The notes below the pieces were generated by a model. It was not told the DNA's origin. It did no database searches and saw nothing but the letters and a program-made list of their open reading frames with translations. Both the position numbers and the translations under genes were made by a program. A stretch of 64,000 nucleotides of DNA, taken from contig JAKAHY010000001.1 of NCBI GenBank assembly GCA_021814695.1, positions 45,278-109,277 of the forward strand, in the 5' to 3' direction. Shown one piece after another: positions 18,361 to 27,989 of the stretch. The DNA is from a bacterium. Lineage in GTDB: Bacteria > Patescibacteriota > Minisyncoccia > UBA6257 > JAGOQP01. Positions within the stretch are counted from its first letter, which is position 1; every line of letters starts with the position of its first letter.

Positions 18361-19656
18361 ATGGAATTTTTAAAAATAATCAAGAATCTTAAGCGGGCAG
18401 GCTCTGTTGCGATAATTGCTATTGTAGTTGCCGCCATTGTCGGGAGTTCTTATTATCTCGGATTTGTTAAGGGGCAACAGCAGTCCCAAAAAATTGTAGT
18501 TGAAGACGTTAAAAACATAAACAACCCTAACACGGGAGATTTTAGCCTCTTTTGGGAAGTCTGGAACGATATTAAATCACAATTTGTGACCGCTTCCAGC
18601 ACGGATAATAATCAAAATCTTGTTTACGGAGCTATTTCTGGCCTGGTCTCATCGCTTGGAGACCAATATTCGGTTTTTTTCCCGCCAAAAGAAGCAGCCA
18701 GCTTCAATCAGGAAATCAGCGGGAAATTCGATGGAATTGGAGCTGAAATCGGACTCAATGAACAGAATCAGATTGTGGTAATCGCCCCACTTAAAGACAC
18801 GCCGGCTTATAATGCCGGAATTAAATCGGGGGATATCATCATAAAAATTAATGGGGAATTAACAACCGGAATGTCCGTTGATGCGGCGGTTAAGCAAATT
18901 CGTGGGCAAAAAGGAACGACTGTTACATTAAATATCTACCGCCAAGGATGGAAAGATGCCAAAGACATACAAATTGTGCGGGATACTATTCAGGTTCCAA
19001 CCCTGGATTATAAGCAAATTGACGCATCCGGAAATGAGAATCCTTCCGGATCGATAGCTTACATAAGAATTTATAATTTCTATGAAAATGCGGATCTTCT
19101 TTTCTATCAATCCGCGCTCAGAGTTGCTACCTCCAAAACCAAAGGGATAATAATAGACTTAAGAGATAATCCCGGAGGGTATCTTGATTCCGCAGTCAAT
19201 ATAGCCGGATGGTTTGTAGATAAAGGAAAGAATGTAGTAACCGAAGAATCCAGGGATAATAAAAACAACGAAGTTTTTGTTTCCAAGGGGCCGTCTATTT
19301 TCAAAAACATGCCCTTGGTTGTCATAGTCAATAAAGGTTCGGCATCGGCATCCGAAATTCTTGCAGGAGCCCTTAAAGAAAGTGATGGGGGAACAATTGT
19401 TGGAGAAAAAAGCTTCGGAAAGGGGACTGTTCAGGAGCTGGTTCCGCTTAGCGGAGGCTCAATGCTTAAACTTACAATAGCTCACTGGGTCACTCCTCTT
19501 GGCCATTTGATAGACAAAAACGGGATTTTACCCGATATTATCGTGACAGCTCCGACATCAACCGCAACAACGACACAGAGCGGGTATGATAACGATTTAT
19601 CCAAAGATGTAGTATTCAAGAAAGCGTTGGAAGTATTGGATAGCAAGATAAAATAA
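18361..19656 (+). CDS. Carboxyl-terminal processing protease (S41) with PDZ domain
   Basis: GIGAEI, DLRDNPGG, SASASEI, GKGTVQ. Confidence 0.93.
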   Translation: MEFLKIIKNLKRAGSVAIIAIVVAAIVGSSYYLGFVKGQQQSQKIVVEDVKNINNPNTGDFSLFWEVWNDIKSQFVTASSTDNNQNLVYGAISGLVSSLGDQYSVFFPPKEAASFNQEISGKFDGIGAEIGLNEQNQIVVIAPLKDTPAYNAGIKSGDIIIKINGELTTGMSVDAAVKQIRGQKGTTVTLNIYRQGWKDAKDIQIVRDTIQVPTLDYKQIDASGNENPSGSIAYIRIYNFYENADLLFYQSALRVATSKTKGIIIDLRDNPGGYLDSAVNIAGWFVDKGKNVVTEESRDNKNNEVFVSKGPSIFKNMPLVVIVNKGSASASEILAGALKESDGGTIVGEKSFGKGTVQELVPLSGGSMLKLTIAHWVTPLGHLIDKNGILPDIIVTAPTSTATTTQSGYDNDLSKDVVFKKALEVLDSKIK

Positions 19657-19779
19657 AAGAGAAATAGATATAAGTTGATATATGCTACGCGAAATAAATA
19701 GATATAAGTTGTACTAGTGCAATTTATATCCACTTCTATCAATTTATCTCTACCTATATCCATCTATATCAATATATTT

Positions 19780-20253
19780 ATGAAAGTATTATTGCTTCAG
19801 GAAATTCCCAAAGTCGGACACAAGGATGAGGTTGTAGAAGTTTCAGAGGGATTTGCCAAAAATTTTCTTATTCGTACAAAAAAAGCGGTCATTGCCACTC
19901 CTCAAATTATTACCGAATTCAAACAAAAGAAAGAAAAAGAATCCCGATTGGGAGAAGAAAAAACCAAAGAAATCGGCGTGTTGGCAAAAAAGCTTTCGGA
20001 ACAGACCTTTCGATTTCAGGTTAAAACCGGAAAAAATGGAGAGGTTTTTTCATCCGTTCACGATTCAGATATCAGGGAAAAGATTCTTGATTTTGTAAAA
20101 AATAACGGCGGAGCCGCACTAACGATTGATGATATCCAATTTTCCTCAAAACCGGTAAAAGAATTGGGAATGAAAAACATTAAAGTCAGAATCGGAAAGG
20201 GGGAAAACTCCAAACAAATAAGTATCAATATAATAATTGAAGAAAAAAAATAG
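19780..20253 (+). CDS. rplI: 50S ribosomal protein L9
   Basis: MKVLLL...G...EV..GFAKNFL; G.VF.SV; K.LG. Confidence 0.9.
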   Translation: MKVLLLQEIPKVGHKDEVVEVSEGFAKNFLIRTKKAVIATPQIITEFKQKKEKESRLGEEKTKEIGVLAKKLSEQTFRFQVKTGKNGEVFSSVHDSDIREKILDFVKNNGGAALTIDDIQFSSKPVKELGMKNIKVRIGKGENSKQISINIIIEEKK

Positions 20254-20276
20254 AGCCTTAATCGGTTCTATTTGTT

Positions 20277-20564
20277 TTACAACTCAAAAAAACATTCTTC
20301 TTCGGTAATCTGCAGTGCAATTTCTTTGCAATATTCCTCTTCAGCATATCTATCGGGGTACCCACAATTTGGGCACTCCTTATTTTTGTTCAACTTGAAT
20401 TTACACAAAGGACACGAAGATCCAAGCTTTGTTAAATACTCACCCAAAATTCTGAAGGATTCTTCGGGGTCATAGCCACAGGTTTCACAGACTTTTGGAT
20501 TCCTGTCACTGCTGTGGCAAATTGGGCACTTTTGCACCGGACTATCCTTAGGGTTCTGCCGCAA
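20277..20564 (-). CDS. Double zinc-ribbon hypothetical protein
   Basis: Four CxxC pairs (CPIC, CETC, CPLC, CPNC); start uncertain. Confidence 0.6.
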   Translation of the reverse strand: MRQNPKDSPVQKCPICHSSDRNPKVCETCGYDPEESFRILGEYLTKLGSSCPLCKFKLNKNKECPNCGYPDRYAEEEYCKEIALQITEEECFFEL

Positions 20565-20613
20565 GCTTAACCCAGACCGGCAACAGATGTCAATTTATCA
20601 TCCAAAAAAGGCC

Positions 20614-20892
20614 CTACAGGGCCTTTACGCTGACTTTAGTGGCATATCTCTGTCTGCCGTCAAATTTAGTTTTTTTAACCCGTTTATACTGTACTTTACC
20701 GCTTACTGATGCATAGAGAGTATCGTCTCCGGCTCTTTTGACATTGTTTCCCGGAAGATATTGGGTTCCTCTTTGACGAAGCAAAATTTCACCGGCGTTG
20801 ACCCTCTGGTCTTGCTGGCGTTTTATTCCTAATCTTTTAGACTCCGATTCCCGGCCCAATTTAGTTGAGCCGAGCTGTTTAGTATGTGCCAT
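20614..20892 (-). CDS. rpmA: 50S ribosomal protein L27
   Basis: MAHTK..GST..GR.S..KRLG.K, RQRGT, DTLYA. Confidence 0.96.
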   Translation of the reverse strand: MAHTKQLGSTKLGRESESKRLGIKRQQDQRVNAGEILLRQRGTQYLPGNNVKRAGDDTLYASVSGKVQYKRVKKTKFDGRQRYATKVSVKAL

Positions 20893-20951
20893 AGGTTAAA
20901 GGTAATATAGTTGTTTGTTACAGATGGCATTATATCGTATAATTTGGCCAT

Positions 20952-21647
20952 ATGTCAACGGCAAAACTCGTATTTGATATTGAAACTATAGGCAATGATT
21001 TTGACTCACTGGATGAGATATCAAAAACTCACCTGCTTAAATATGCAGAGGACAAAGAAGCCCAAGAGGAGGTAAAAGAGGGAACGGCTTTCTACCCGTT
21101 AACCGGAGAAGTGGTGGTTATTGGAATGCTGAATCCGGACACTAATCAGGGAAAGATTTTGGCGCGTAACGAAAAAGTTTCCAATCTTCCCGGTGAACTT
21201 GAAGCCGGAATTTCGGTGGAGCAGGGGAGTGAAAAAGAAATTTTGGAAATATTTTGGGAAACTGCCAGACAATACGACAATTTTATTTCTTTTTATGGAA
21301 GAGGATTTGACGTTCCTTTTATGATGATTCGTTCGGCAATTCTGGGAATAAAACCTTCAAAAAATCTTCTGGCTAACCGGTACCTTAATTTACAACCTTC
21401 CAATGCAAAGCACATAGACCTTTATGACCAGTTGAGTTTTTACGGAGCAGCCAGAAAAAATTTTCCTTTGCATATGTGGAGCAAGGTTTTCGGTATAGAA
21501 AGCCCCAAAGAAGGCGGGGTTACCGGAGATAATGTAACGGCGCTTTACAAAGAAGGTAAGGTTTTGGATATAGCCAAATATAATTTACGCGACTTACGCT
21601 CGACGGCAGAGCTATATCGGAAGTGGGCCGAATATCTTAATTTCTAA
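20952..21647 (+). CDS. DEDDy 3'-5' exonuclease (PolB-exo-like)
   Basis: FDIET, FYGRGFDVP, HIDL, YNLRD. Confidence 0.85.
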   Translation: MSTAKLVFDIETIGNDFDSLDEISKTHLLKYAEDKEAQEEVKEGTAFYPLTGEVVVIGMLNPDTNQGKILARNEKVSNLPGELEAGISVEQGSEKEILEIFWETARQYDNFISFYGRGFDVPFMMIRSAILGIKPSKNLLANRYLNLQPSNAKHIDLYDQLSFYGAARKNFPLHMWSKVFGIESPKEGGVTGDNVTALYKEGKVLDIAKYNLRDLRSTAELYRKWAEYLNF

Positions 21648-21649
21648 AG

Positions 21650-21823
21650 ATGAATTATAAAGGGAGAATTTTAACTCTGTTTTATTGGATAAAAAGCAAA
21701 AAAAGCGCGATACTTTTTATCGTCATTATTTTTTTATTAATGTCTTTGAGCTTTGCCTTGGGATATATTACGGCCCGTGATTTAACTAAAGTGCCTATAA
21801 TTATCCAGAAAAATTCAAAATAA
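21650..21823 (+). CDS. Small single-TM protein (57 aa; not in the ORF track)
   Basis: MNYKGR...ILFIVIIFLLMSLSFALGYITARDLTKVPIIIQKNSK; starts 2 nt after the upstream stop. Confidence 0.6.
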   Translation: MNYKGRILTLFYWIKSKKSAILFIVIIFLLMSLSFALGYITARDLTKVPIIIQKNSK

Positions 21824-21830
21824 AAACGCG

Positions 21831-22106
21831 TTATAAATTGACGCGTTTTTTGTATAATCTCATCTGATAAAGAACAACCAGAGAAAAAATCACTCCCGGA
21901 ATATTGGCAAAGACAATAAACCAGTCGTTTTTCAGGAATCCATATATAGCCCAGATAAGATAGGCGCATGTAACTATACTAAACATCAGTTTATCCAGGC
22001 CATCGCAGCTTTTTCTTCTGTAATTTACCCTGATTTGTGAGGGAAGGCCGATACAGGTGAGTATCAGCGATGTCGCCAGCGCCAGATAGCCGACAAACTG
22101 GATCAA
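21831..22106 (-). CDS. SemiSWEET/PQ-loop transporter
   Basis: LPSQI...RRKS, W.IYG, ANIPG; 3 TM. Confidence 0.8.
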   Translation of the reverse strand: MIQFVGYLALATSLILTCIGLPSQIRVNYRRKSCDGLDKLMFSIVTCAYLIWAIYGFLKNDWFIVFANIPGVIFSLVVLYQMRLYKKRVNL

Positions 22107-22219
22107 AGACCACCCCCTGATTGCTGGAAGAAGGATAACTTACATCGGCATTTTTATCAATTTTAAATTGAATTCTTACGTGACGTGGGTAATAATAGAT
22201 TCAGTTCCAGGAGGATTCT

Positions 22220-22438
22220 GTGGCCGGAAAAACGGGTACGATCGTCCTCATTGTAAACAAAAACAAGGAGATGAGTGAGGCAACCGAAGAATTGATAGAA
22301 AAATTACGACAAATGAGCCGGGATGTTATCGTCGTTAAAGCCGATGAAACTGTATTTCCCAACGTGGCCTTTTCGGCAGAACAGGCAGCCGCAATTCTTA
22401 AAGATGTTTCTGATTCTATAAAAAAACGACTTAATTGA
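22220..22438 (+). CDS. Hypothetical protein
   Basis: GTG start with AGGAGG SD. Confidence 0.55.
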   Translation: MAGKTGTIVLIVNKNKEMSEATEELIEKLRQMSRDVIVVKADETVFPNVAFSAEQAAAILKDVSDSIKKRLN

Positions 22439-22472
22439 GTCGTTTTTATATTATTGATTTTTTATTAAACTC

Positions 22473-22763
22473 ATGAAATACTCGTATCAGCTTTTTGGGA
22501 GTGAGACCGTGTTTAATCCAGAACCAAAGCTTGCAACCGTATGGGTTTATATCAGGAATGAAAAGAACGTCAGTAAAACATTGATGGGACTTGTAGAAAC
22601 AATCAACAAGCTGGGTCGTCGAAGCGCAATCGTCAACGAAGTACCGGAAAGTTCCTATGATCTTCCCGCTGTCGAGTATCTTGGGCATGTCCGATATGGA
22701 GAATCGGCAGAAAGACTTCTGGCGAGCATCGCTGCACATGATGAGATGAAAATGTCACATTAA
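22473..22763 (+). CDS. Hypothetical protein
   Basis: Intergenic ORF ending at hairpin 22763-22788. Confidence 0.5.
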   Translation: MKYSYQLFGSETVFNPEPKLATVWVYIRNEKNVSKTLMGLVETINKLGRRSAIVNEVPESSYDLPAVEYLGHVRYGESAERLLASIAAHDEMKMSH

Positions 22764-22815
22764 AAAAACGGCCATCGGCCGATTTTTAATTCAGATAACC
22801 TGCCCTTCGACTGAC

Positions 22816-23601
22816 TCAGGACAGATAGCCCGCCTGCTTGAGCCAGTATTCGTTTTCCCATTCCCAGAGTTTTTTGGCTCCAAGAAAAGCTTTATAATCC
22901 TCCTTCCAATAGGGAAATTCTTGAAGTTCAATTTCGCCCCGCAAATCGGACCATTCGTGTTCACAAATTGCCGCTTTGGCTCTTAGGCTTTTATTTTTCG
23001 GATCCCAAGGCAAACGAACTTTATCCCGTCCTCCTTTGGAGCGGAATATGGCTCCGCATTTATTACAGATTTTGTTCTGGTCGATTCGCAGTATCCATCG
23101 CGTCTGCAGGGTAGGGAAGTCCTTTTCCAGTGCCGCCATATAGGCCGATGTCTGGAGATTGTAATCACGATAAATCGATTGGGAAGTTTTGATATCCAGC
23201 ACACCGAATTTTCCGTCAATAAGCGCCATCGAGTCGATTGTTCCGGCATATCTTTCGTCATGATTAGCGACCCGTTTTTCCACAAATTCCGGGTCAACTT
23301 GGATTTTTTTAGTTTCCACAAATTTTGCAAAAGCATCGACTGCCGGTTTAACACTCGGGTCAATTTCCGGATTTTTATTCATCATTATTCCCTCAATAGT
23401 TTCATGGATCAAAGTTCCTTCAGCTGCCGATATTTTTTTAACCGATTCACCTTCGGCAAAGTTGGATAATTCGGCATAAAATTTATAAAGGGCCGGCTTG
23501 GCTTTTATCTCGACTATTTTTGTAACTCTGGGATACCAAGAGCCGTCTATGTCGTATCCGGCCAGTTCTTTAAATTGTTTAAGATTAAAATACTGATTCA
23601 T
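22816..23601 (-). CDS. PD-(D/E)xK nuclease (RecB/Cas4-like)
   Basis: GTLIH..IE, YAGTID, LDIKTS, LQTSAY motifs. Confidence 0.82.
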   Translation of the reverse strand: MNQYFNLKQFKELAGYDIDGSWYPRVTKIVEIKAKPALYKFYAELSNFAEGESVKKISAAEGTLIHETIEGIMMNKNPEIDPSVKPAVDAFAKFVETKKIQVDPEFVEKRVANHDERYAGTIDSMALIDGKFGVLDIKTSQSIYRDYNLQTSAYMAALEKDFPTLQTRWILRIDQNKICNKCGAIFRSKGGRDKVRLPWDPKNKSLRAKAAICEHEWSDLRGEIELQEFPYWKEDYKAFLGAKKLWEWENEYWLKQAGYLS

Positions 23602-23734
23602 CGGTGGAATTGTAGCATTACAATGCCTATTGGCACAATATTATTTATTGTTGTTTGCAATAGATGATATATAGACATGCATAAAATTTACTACTATGAT
23701 GATGTCAGTATTTTGATTCAGAAAGGAGGTCGAA

Positions 23735-24352
23735 ATGGACAGGGGACTGATGGAAAAAATGGCAAGAAAGCGGGTACTTCTTATTAGTGGAGAGATTACT
23801 TCCCAAGATCTTGGGGATATCAGACTAAAATTGATTAACCTTTGTGAAGATTCCAGCGAACCGGTGCTGATCATAATTGACAGTATTGGAGGAGATCTGG
23901 AGGAGGTTTGGGGTTTTTGTGACACGATCCCGATGTTATCCAATACAGTTATCGGCCTGGTGATCGGCAAATGCTATTCATCGGCATTTGTGATTCTTCA
24001 GGCTTGCGATATTAGGCTGGCAACTCCCAATTCGATATTTAGACCTCATCATCTCATCGCATTTATGTCGTATTCTATGTATAAACCGGACGGGAACGTT
24101 ATTGATAATATGTCGAGAGCACTGATTGAGGCTCGTCGTAGTCAAAAACGTATCGAAGATATAATTATGAACCGGTCCGGCCAAAGACGTTCGGTAATCA
24201 AGAAATTCTTTATATTATCGGATGCATTAGAAGCAAGGTTGGATGTTGACGAGGTTTTAGGGGCGGGATTTATCGACGGTCGCATTAGATCAATGTCGGA
24301 ATTGAAATCCAAGATTAAATCGGCTAAAAAGTTCTCAAAACATAGGAAGTGA
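23735..24352 (+). CDS. Divergent ClpP-family protease
   Basis: IDSIGG, G.CYSSA (Ser), PHH (His), GFID; AAAGGAGG SD. Confidence 0.8.
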   Translation: MDRGLMEKMARKRVLLISGEITSQDLGDIRLKLINLCEDSSEPVLIIIDSIGGDLEEVWGFCDTIPMLSNTVIGLVIGKCYSSAFVILQACDIRLATPNSIFRPHHLIAFMSYSMYKPDGNVIDNMSRALIEARRSQKRIEDIIMNRSGQRRSVIKKFFILSDALEARLDVDEVLGAGFIDGRIRSMSELKSKIKSAKKFSKHRK

Positions 24353-24588
24353 TTCTGTTTTATGAGTACTCTAAATCGGCAACAAGATAATTGCCGGTTT
24401 TATTTTTTAATTTGTGGTAAAACAACTAGCTTTATATCCAAAAGGACCGGACTAAGGACTATATGAACAAGGGGAGTGGTTTTTTATCGCAAGCGAGGCG
24501 CTTGGTTTGAATCTCATCGATAATATCGTGAGAAACAAGCGTAAAATAAATGTTGCGATTAAGAAGTGTAAGAAGCTCTCTTAAAATA

Positions 24589-24616
24589 CCGGCAAATAAT
24601 TTATGCCGGCTTTTTT
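24589..24616 (+). terminator. Intrinsic terminator
   Basis: CCGGCA-loop-TGCCGG followed by CTTTTTT. Confidence 0.65.
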
Positions 24617-24724
24617 ATTGGGGGAGTATTCTTTTTGGGCCTATTTATCAATATACTATCTGTCGCACAATATACATTTTGCGACATAATATAATGGATA
24701 TGTCGGGCTGATTATGTGCCTGTC

Positions 24725-25000
24725 TCATTTAAACAGGTGCAATGCCCACGTTGCTATCTTCGTTAGAACGTCCAGCAATGTTAAGAAAATATTTATTACA
24801 AATTTAACAAAAGGAACAATATATCCGACTCCCTGTGAAACTTGGGATGTGTTGGCATTTCCATTAAGCCAATTCATAACGGCATTAATTACACTAGAAA
24901 GCCCGTCGTACACGGATACAGTCATACTCCAGAGATTGTTCTGCTTTAAAAAGTCTATTACCGGGCTTAATGCGGCCAAGATAACTTTAGTGAAGTCCAT
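24725..25000 (-). CDS. Hypothetical small helical/membrane protein
   Basis: Follows the M23 gene, co-oriented, amphipathic. Confidence 0.6.
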   Translation of the reverse strand: MDFTKVILAALSPVIDFLKQNNLWSMTVSVYDGLSSVINAVMNWLNGNANTSQVSQGVGYIVPFVKFVINIFLTLLDVLTKIATWALHLFK

Positions 25001-25018
25001 ATGATTAATTATAACATT

Positions 25019-26311
25019 TTAGGGTAAAACGACAACATATCTTGTGGGATTAAGGTCACCACCGTATGGCATTTTGGGGCCGCAAGTTTTACTTCCGCCG
25101 ATATAGAACGTTTCCGAATCATAAACTCCAAAATGAACGTGAGGGCCGGTAGCATATCCGGTCTGGCCGACATAACCTATAACTTCACCACGCTGAACCT
25201 GTTGACCATCCTTTACAGCTATCAACGACATATGTCCGTATATGGTCGTCAGCCCATCATAATGCCGAATAGCTACATATTTTCCGTATGCTCCCTTATA
25301 ACAATATCTGTCTTGATTGTCGGTGCTTTGCACAACTCCGTCTGCGGCGGCAACAATGGGAGTTCCTATGGGGGCGGATATGTCGATTCCGTTGTGCCAC
25401 TTGCCTCTGTAGGCCGATCTTGCAAAGTTTGTAGCTCCATATCCTTGGGTCAGTATCCCCTTCACCGGAAGAGTTAAAAGACCGGGAACGCTTGCGGGAA
25501 GATTTTTATAATTGATTTGCTGACGAAGAGTAGATTCTATTTTTTCTATTTCCACGGCTATATCGGACTGGCGCTGCTCCAATTGTTTAATTGAATCCTG
25601 ATAGGTTTTTTCCTGGGACTTGGTCTGATTTAAAAGTTGTTTTTTCTGTTCAAGCAGATCGGAAGCGATTATTTTCTTACTTTGAAGGTTTGAGACCTCT
25701 GTTTGTTTTTGATCTTTAGTGTCGGCGCTGTCGGCAATAGCTCTGTTGAGATTTTTTTTGGAATCATTTAACTGTTTTATGCTTATGAGCAGATTACTGT
25801 TTAAATCCTGCAAAGCCTGAACTTCAAATATGCCTTCGGATAAAGTTTTGTTTTTTAAAAAAGCGACAAGCGGATTGTCATTTTCCTGTTGCTGAATCTG
25901 ACGCAAAACTTCGTTCATGGCGGCAGTTTTTAAATCAACATCGGATTCGGCATCTTTTATATTTTGCTGCATAATCTCGATTTGAAGCGTTAGCTTATCA
26001 ATGGCAATCTTACTGGCCTCAATTCCGAGATTAATCTGACTGACGTTGGAATCGATTTGATTAACGTCGCTTGTAAGTGATTTCTTCTGATTTTGGGTTT
26101 CTGCGAGCTTTTGCTGCTGATCCTGGAGTTGTTGGTTTATGAGCTTTAACTCCTCGTTTTTCGCGTCAATTTGGCCCTGTAGAGCGTTTTTATCGATAAC
26201 TTGAGCTTCTACCCCACTTCTTATATAAGGCAAAAATACCAGTATTACGATACTAAATATTAATGATGTCAATATACGAAAAAACACTTTTTTAATGTCA
26301 AAAGAGGTCAT
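25019..26311 (-). CDS. Coiled-coil M23 peptidase (EnvC/CwlO-like)
   Basis: N-terminal TM, long coiled coil, HNGID, YGHM, TGPHVHF. Confidence 0.9.
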   Translation of the reverse strand: MTSFDIKKVFFRILTSLIFSIVILVFLPYIRSGVEAQVIDKNALQGQIDAKNEELKLINQQLQDQQQKLAETQNQKKSLTSDVNQIDSNVSQINLGIEASKIAIDKLTLQIEIMQQNIKDAESDVDLKTAAMNEVLRQIQQQENDNPLVAFLKNKTLSEGIFEVQALQDLNSNLLISIKQLNDSKKNLNRAIADSADTKDQKQTEVSNLQSKKIIASDLLEQKKQLLNQTKSQEKTYQDSIKQLEQRQSDIAVEIEKIESTLRQQINYKNLPASVPGLLTLPVKGILTQGYGATNFARSAYRGKWHNGIDISAPIGTPIVAAADGVVQSTDNQDRYCYKGAYGKYVAIRHYDGLTTIYGHMSLIAVKDGQQVQRGEVIGYVGQTGYATGPHVHFGVYDSETFYIGGSKTCGPKMPYGGDLNPTRYVVVLP

Positions 26312-26313
26312 AA

Positions 26314-27756
26314 TTATTTTGCCAGAGCGGCATCTATGCGCTTTAGAGATTCTTTTTTTCCAAGTACTTCCAATATTTCAAACGGACCGGGAGAATTCTT
26401 TAATCCCGAAAGGGCCACCCTCAAAGGCCACAGAGACTCTCCCCTGCCAATTGACGCCGCAACGGGCATTAACTTCTCTTCAAGTACTGTTTTTGAAAAA
26501 TCTTTCGGTTCAAGTTCGTTAATTGCATCGCGCATTCTTGTAAGGCTTTTTTTTGTAGATTCCGGAGAATCATTTTTCCATTTTAACAGTTCCACATCGT
26601 ATTCCGGAATTTCAAACAAAAACCCCGCCCTGTCTTTAAATTCCGAAAGCACTTTCATTCTCTCCTGTTCAATTGCCAACGCTTTGATAAACTTCTTATC
26701 GTCAGAAAGCCACGCTTCGGGAACATATTTTTTCATCTTTTCGGAAAGCTCTTCTAGAGGCATTTTTTTTATGTATTGGGAATTAAACCAATCCAGTTTT
26801 TCCACATTGAATATTGCTCCGGCTTTCTGGACTCTTTTTAAACTGAATTTTGAAACCATTTCTTCTATGGTCAGGATTTCTTTTTCGTCATCGGGATGCC
26901 AACCGAGAAAGGCCAAAAAATTTACCAATGCTTCCGGGATATATCCGGACTTAAGATATTCATCAAATGACGTCTCCATTTTTCTCTTGGACATCTTGCT
27001 CCTGTCGGCATTTAACACGAGTGGAAAATGGGCGTATTTGGGAGGTTCTATTCCCAGCGCTCGTTGAATAAGTATCTGCTTAGGCGTATTGGTTATATGA
27101 TCCTCGCCTCTGATGACGTGGGAAATTTTCATCAAATAATCGTCGATAACGACAGCCAGATTATACAGCGGAGACTGCTCGTTTCTTGCTATTACAATAT
27201 CTCCTATAGTATCGGAATTTACGACAATTTTTCCGCGAATAATGTCGTTAAATTCAATATCCACATTGGACGGGGCAATTAATCTGATAACGCCTTCTTT
27301 GCCGTCTTTTTTATTTTTAGCGATTTGCTCCGGTGAAAGCGATTTACATTTACCGCTGTATTTCGGAAAAAGACCGGATGATAACATTGCCTGGCGTTCC
27401 TGCTCAAGCTCTTCTTTGGTGCAAAAACAAAAATAAGCTCTTTTTTCATCAAGAATTTTTTTTATAAAATCTCTATAAATTTCCGTTCTCTCACTCTGTC
27501 TATAAGGACCATACTGGCCGCCGATGTCCGGACCCTCATCCCAAAGAAGCTTTAGAGCCTTAAAACCTTCAAGAATGTCGTTTTCATAAATAGGAAGAGA
27601 TCTTTCGGTATCGGTATCTTCGACTCTCACTATAAACTTACCCCCTTCTTTTTTGGCAAAAAGATAGTTAAAAAGAGCCGCTCTTATAGTGCCTAAATGA
27701 AGATAGCCCGTAGGTGAGGGCGCAATTCTGACGCGAATTGGCGTTAAATCAGCCAT
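26314..27756 (-). CDS. gltX: Glutamate--tRNA ligase
   Basis: APSPTGYLHLG, RGEDH, KMSKR. Confidence 0.97.
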   Translation of the reverse strand: MADLTPIRVRIAPSPTGYLHLGTIRAALFNYLFAKKEGGKFIVRVEDTDTERSLPIYENDILEGFKALKLLWDEGPDIGGQYGPYRQSERTEIYRDFIKKILDEKRAYFCFCTKEELEQERQAMLSSGLFPKYSGKCKSLSPEQIAKNKKDGKEGVIRLIAPSNVDIEFNDIIRGKIVVNSDTIGDIVIARNEQSPLYNLAVVIDDYLMKISHVIRGEDHITNTPKQILIQRALGIEPPKYAHFPLVLNADRSKMSKRKMETSFDEYLKSGYIPEALVNFLAFLGWHPDDEKEILTIEEMVSKFSLKRVQKAGAIFNVEKLDWFNSQYIKKMPLEELSEKMKKYVPEAWLSDDKKFIKALAIEQERMKVLSEFKDRAGFLFEIPEYDVELLKWKNDSPESTKKSLTRMRDAINELEPKDFSKTVLEEKLMPVAASIGRGESLWPLRVALSGLKNSPGPFEILEVLGKKESLKRIDAALAK

Positions 27757-27808
27757 GAAGATATTTTAACACGAAAATAGGCCAGATAAAAGGCCTGTTC
27801 TTGGACAA

Positions 27809-27948
27809 ATCCCGCACCTTTTCTCAACCATCTATTGATAAGAACAATAAATTTCACGTCACTAAAATAATTATTTTTTTTCATATGAGTAAGTTGATTA
27901 CAATGACCGACTCCCTGGCAAAACCCGAGTTGATAAAAGGTGCGGGAT
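27809..27948. repeat. 140-bp MITE/REP-like element with 20-bp terminal inverted repeats
   Basis: ATCCCGCACCTTTTCTCAAC ... GTTGATAAAAGGTGCGGGAT (19/20 match); related copy at 35606-35673. Confidence 0.75.
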
Positions 27949-27989
27949 AAAAAAATGAGCTCTTTATGCCGAGCCCAAGGCCAAGGTTC

